In this document: positions 60,943 through 64,000 of the stretch, in pieces | How the letters are laid out: the number at the start of each line of letters is the position of its first letter | How positions within the stretch are numbered: position 1 is the stretch's first letter | From: an uncultured Gemmatimonadales bacterium | GTDB taxonomy: Bacteria; Gemmatimonadota; Gemmatimonadetes; Gemmatimonadales; GWC2-71-9 | Length of the DNA stretch: 64,000 nucleotides | NCBI GenBank assembly: GCA_963821525.1 | Contig: CAWGED010000004.1 | Location: 96,001-160,000 of the forward strand | Direction of reading: 5' to 3' | Notes under the pieces: generated by a model | Told to the model about the DNA's origin: nothing | The model's input: the letters and a program-made list of their open reading frames with translations, nothing else | The model's database searches: none | Translations under genes and position numbers: made by a program

Positions 60943-63387
60943 TCAGGCCGTGGGCACAGCGGTGGAACGCGGCGTCGCCTTACCGTCGCCACCCTCGGCC
61001 GGTGTGCGCACGCAGACCGGCTCCGGCCAGATGATGTGCGGAGTCGAGCTGGGGCCGAACCGCGGCTCGGCTCCCTTGGCCTTGGCCTGCAGCGCCTTGT
61101 ACACCTTGGGCGGGCTCATCGGCACTTCGTCGACCCTGACCCCGACCGCATCGTAGATCGCGTTGGCCACGGCGGGCATGATCGGCAGCAACGGGCCCTG
61201 ACCCGCTTCCTTTGCCCCAAAGGGACCGTTGGCATCAGGTCCCTCGACCAGATAAGTGATCACGTCGGGCATTTCCCAGGTCGTGGGACTCTTGTATTCC
61301 AGCATCGAGGGGAACTTGTGCACCACATTGCGGTTCTCGCGGTACACCATCTCCTCCATCAACGCCTCACCCAGACCCATGTAAACGCTGCCCTCGACCT
61401 GCCCCATGACCAGCACCGGGTTGATGCTGCGGCCGATGTCGTGCGCAATCCAGATAGTAGGAACCCGCACGATACCGGTCTCGGGATCTACTTCGACTTC
61501 GGCGACAGCAGCCGAATAGCTGTACGCCGCGGACGGGCCGACACCGGCGCCACGGTATTTCCCGGGCGGCTTGGGTGGTGCGTAACTCCCGACCGAACCG
61601 ATCGTCCCGAAGCGGGACTCCGCCACGACCACTGCCTCGGCGAAGCTCAGGCCCGGTTCGGGATTCTCTACGTCAAACACCCTGCCTTTGACGAACACGA
61701 TGCGCTCCGGACTCGCGTTCAGCTTCGCCGCCACCGCCTCCGCGATTTGCGCACGGGCTCGCTCGGCCGCTTGAATCGCCGCTTGCCCCGTCATCAGCGT
61801 GACTCGCGACGAGTAGCTGCCGAGGTCGACCGGGGTGAGATCGGTATCGGCGGTGACGACGGCGATGTCGGCCGGTTCAATGCCCAGGATCTCCGCGACG
61901 ATCAATGCGAGGACGGTATCTGAGCCCTGACCGATTTCGGTGGACCCGCAGAAGACCGTCACCCCGCCGCCTCGATCGCATTTGATCTGCACCCCGGAAT
62001 GGGGCATCTCGTTCCAGTAGATCGCCACACCGGCGCCCGTGATGTAGGAGGAACAGGCCAGCCCGATGCCGCGGCCATAGGGCAGCTTGCCGTAACGCTC
62101 CTTCCACCGTGAGCCGGCGACGACTTTCTCGATACACTCGCCCAGCCCGATCGTACCGACACGGAGCCAGTTCGCGGTGATTGTGTTCGGCTTCACCAGG
62201 TGTTTGAGCCGCATCTCCGCGGGGTCGAGCTTCAACTCCTCCGCGATCTTGTCGAGCTGAACCTCCAGCGCGAAGCGTGGCTGCGGAGTGCCGTGACCCC
62301 GCTTGGGACCGCAGGGAGGCTTGTTGGTGAACGCCCGGGCGCCTTTGAACCGGTAGGATGGGATTTCGTAGGTGACGGTCTGCAAGGCGCCGGTGTAGTA
62401 GGTACTCGCGACGCCATAGGAGCCGTAGGCACCACCATCCAGATACGATTCGAAATCCATCGCGGTGATGGCGCCTAGCTTCGTCACTCCGGTCCGGATC
62501 TTCATGAGGACCGGGTGCCGTCCCCGATGACAGTAGAACACCTCTTCCCGCGTGAGGCAGATCTTGACCGGGCGCCCGGTCATCATGGCCAGCTTCGCGA
62601 CCACGATCTCGTGATTGAAGGGATCGCTCTTCCCGCCGAACCCTCCGCCGTTCGGGGTCGCGATCACGCGAATCCGGCTGGGCGGCAACTCCAGCACCTT
62701 TGCCAGCGCCCGATGCACGTAGTGCGGGCACTGGGTCGAGCTCCAGACGGTCACCTTTCCCGCGGCCGAGAACTCCGCCACGGCGGCGTGCTGCTCCATC
62801 GGGAGGTGAGTGTTGCCTTCGTAGAAGAAGAGATCCTCCCGGATCAGGTCGGCCGCCGCGAAGCCGCCTTCCAGGTCGCCAAACTCGAGATTGACCTGCT
62901 TGTGCAGGTTGCCGCTGTCTGCGTAATCGTGAAGCTGGGGGGCCGGAGTTGTTACGGCGTCATCCACCGATCCAATGGTGGTCAGCGGCTCGTAGGTGAC
63001 CTCGATCAGCCGGCAGGCTTCCGCGGCAATGTCTTCGTCCCGCGCCGCGACCGCTGCGACCGGGTCGCCGATGAAGCGGACCACATCGGGACAGAGGGCG
63101 TGCTCGTCCTGGCTGACCGGAAGCACTCCGAACGGAATGGGAAAATCGGCGCCGGTAACCACGGCGTGGACGCCGGGCAGGGCCGCCGCGCGGGAGGTAT
63201 CGATCCGCACGACGCGCGCATGCGGATGAGGACTCCGCAGCAGCTTGCACCAGAGCATCCGGGGAAGGATCAGATCATCGGCGAAGCGGGTCTGGCCCGT
63301 CACCTTGGCCACGCCGTCAATCCGCGGATGCGGTGTGCCTACGACCTGGAAGTCGCGGTCCTTGCCGTCCTTCCGATCAGTGGCCAT
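60943..63387 (-). CDS. Molybdopterin-binding subunit, 4-hydroxybenzoyl-CoA reductase alpha-like
   Basis: GGGFGGK, RGHG.PQ, GQG, GSYSSR, GPFGAKEAGQG. Confidence 0.9.
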   Translation of the reverse strand: MATDRKDGKDRDFQVVGTPHPRIDGVAKVTGQTRFADDLILPRMLWCKLLRSPHPHARVVRIDTSRAAALPGVHAVVTGADFPIPFGVLPVSQDEHALCPDVVRFIGDPVAAVAARDEDIAAEACRLIEVTYEPLTTIGSVDDAVTTPAPQLHDYADSGNLHKQVNLEFGDLEGGFAAADLIREDLFFYEGNTHLPMEQHAAVAEFSAAGKVTVWSSTQCPHYVHRALAKVLELPPSRIRVIATPNGGGFGGKSDPFNHEIVVAKLAMMTGRPVKICLTREEVFYCHRGRHPVLMKIRTGVTKLGAITAMDFESYLDGGAYGSYGVASTYYTGALQTVTYEIPSYRFKGARAFTNKPPCGPKRGHGTPQPRFALEVQLDKIAEELKLDPAEMRLKHLVKPNTITANWLRVGTIGLGECIEKVVAGSRWKERYGKLPYGRGIGLACSSYITGAGVAIYWNEMPHSGVQIKCDRGGGVTVFCGSTEIGQGSDTVLALIVAEILGIEPADIAVVTADTDLTPVDLGSYSSRVTLMTGQAAIQAAERARAQIAEAVAAKLNASPERIVFVKGRVFDVENPEPGLSFAEAVVVAESRFGTIGSVGSYAPPKPPGKYRGAGVGPSAAYSYSAAVAEVEVDPETGIVRVPTIWIAHDIGRSINPVLVMGQVEGSVYMGLGEALMEEMVYRENRNVVHKFPSMLEYKSPTTWEMPDVITYLVEGPDANGPFGAKEAGQGPLLPIMPAVANAIYDAVGVRVDEVPMSPPKVYKALQAKAKGAEPRFGPSSTPHIIWPEPVCVRTPAEGGDGKATPRSTAVPTA

Positions 63388-63922
63388 ACAGACTCTCGCG
63401 CGTCGGTTCCGCGGCTTCGCCGCGCATGCGGGCAGCTGCCAGCTCCACCGCCTCGTAGATTTTCACGTATCCGGTGCAGCGGCAGAGATTGCCGCCCAGC
63501 GCAGAAACGATCTCCGGCCGAGCCGGGGCCGGGTTCTCCTCGAGGAGTGCCTTCGCGGTCAGCAGAATCCCCGGGGTGCAGTAACCACACTGCGCCGCAC
63601 CCAACTCGGCGAACGCCTGCTGCAACGGGTGAAGCTCCGCGCCTGCCGCAAGACCTTCCACCGTGGTGACCGACCGATTCTCGCAGGCCACTCCCAGCTC
63701 GAGGCAGGAGAGGATGGGAACACCGTCGACTAAGACGGTGCAGGTCCCGCATTCGCCGAGCTCACATCCGTGCTTGGTGCCGGTGAGTTGTAAGTCTTCG
63801 CGAAGCACTTCAAGGAGAGTCTTCTGGGGGGCGACGAGACATTCAACCCGCTCTCCGTTCACCTCGAGGGAGAGTGGAGATTTTGGTAAAGATGGGGTAA
63901 GCGTCACCAAAGGATTTCCCAT
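63377..63922 (-). CDS. (2Fe-2S)-binding small subunit (CoxS/HcrC-like)
   Basis: GCELGECGTC, QCGYC, NLCRC. Confidence 0.93.
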   Translation of the reverse strand: MGNPLVTLTPSLPKSPLSLEVNGERVECLVAPQKTLLEVLREDLQLTGTKHGCELGECGTCTVLVDGVPILSCLELGVACENRSVTTVEGLAAGAELHPLQQAFAELGAAQCGYCTPGILLTAKALLEENPAPARPEIVSALGGNLCRCTGYVKIYEAVELAAARMRGEAAEPTRESLYGH

Positions 63923-64000
63923 CGAGCCTCGCTGTCTGACTCCTGGTCCGCCTCGTCCGTCTTGTTCGCCCTGTCCGCCCAACCGCCATGCCGCCCGACC

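Overview
This is a GC-rich bacterial chromosomal window; gene content and style suggest Gemmatimonadota (inference). It holds about 65 CDSs: sugar-oxidation enzymes, two-component systems, a general-stress cluster, many small accessory genes and lipoproteins, a sigma-54 operon, a Rieske/membrane redox operon, an EF-G paralogue and a 4-hydroxybenzoyl-CoA-reductase-like molybdoenzyme. About 14 genes carry single-base frameshifts, most likely uncorrected long-read indels. I recognised no rRNA, tRNA, CRISPR, integrase or transposase. The main finding is an RNA element I do not recognise (CCUUGUCG-hairpin-AGUCGAAGG, overlapping the 5' arm of a terminator-like stem). It occurs four times in 5.5 kb, only in 5' leaders: before a PAS sensor kinase/response regulator operon, twice in tandem before csbD, and before an outer-membrane protein gene. 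The co-located response regulator has an unrecognised helical output domain rather than an HTH. Together these suggest a two-component-controlled RNA antitermination system (ANTAR/RAT-like logic, different sequence), layered on class II CRP-type promoters. Other notable features are locus-specific heptamer tandem arrays forming inverted pairs that invade coding sequence, tandem near-consensus CRP boxes before a Rieske/putative cytochrome b module, and a Glu-to-Gln change at the molybdoenzyme catalytic position.
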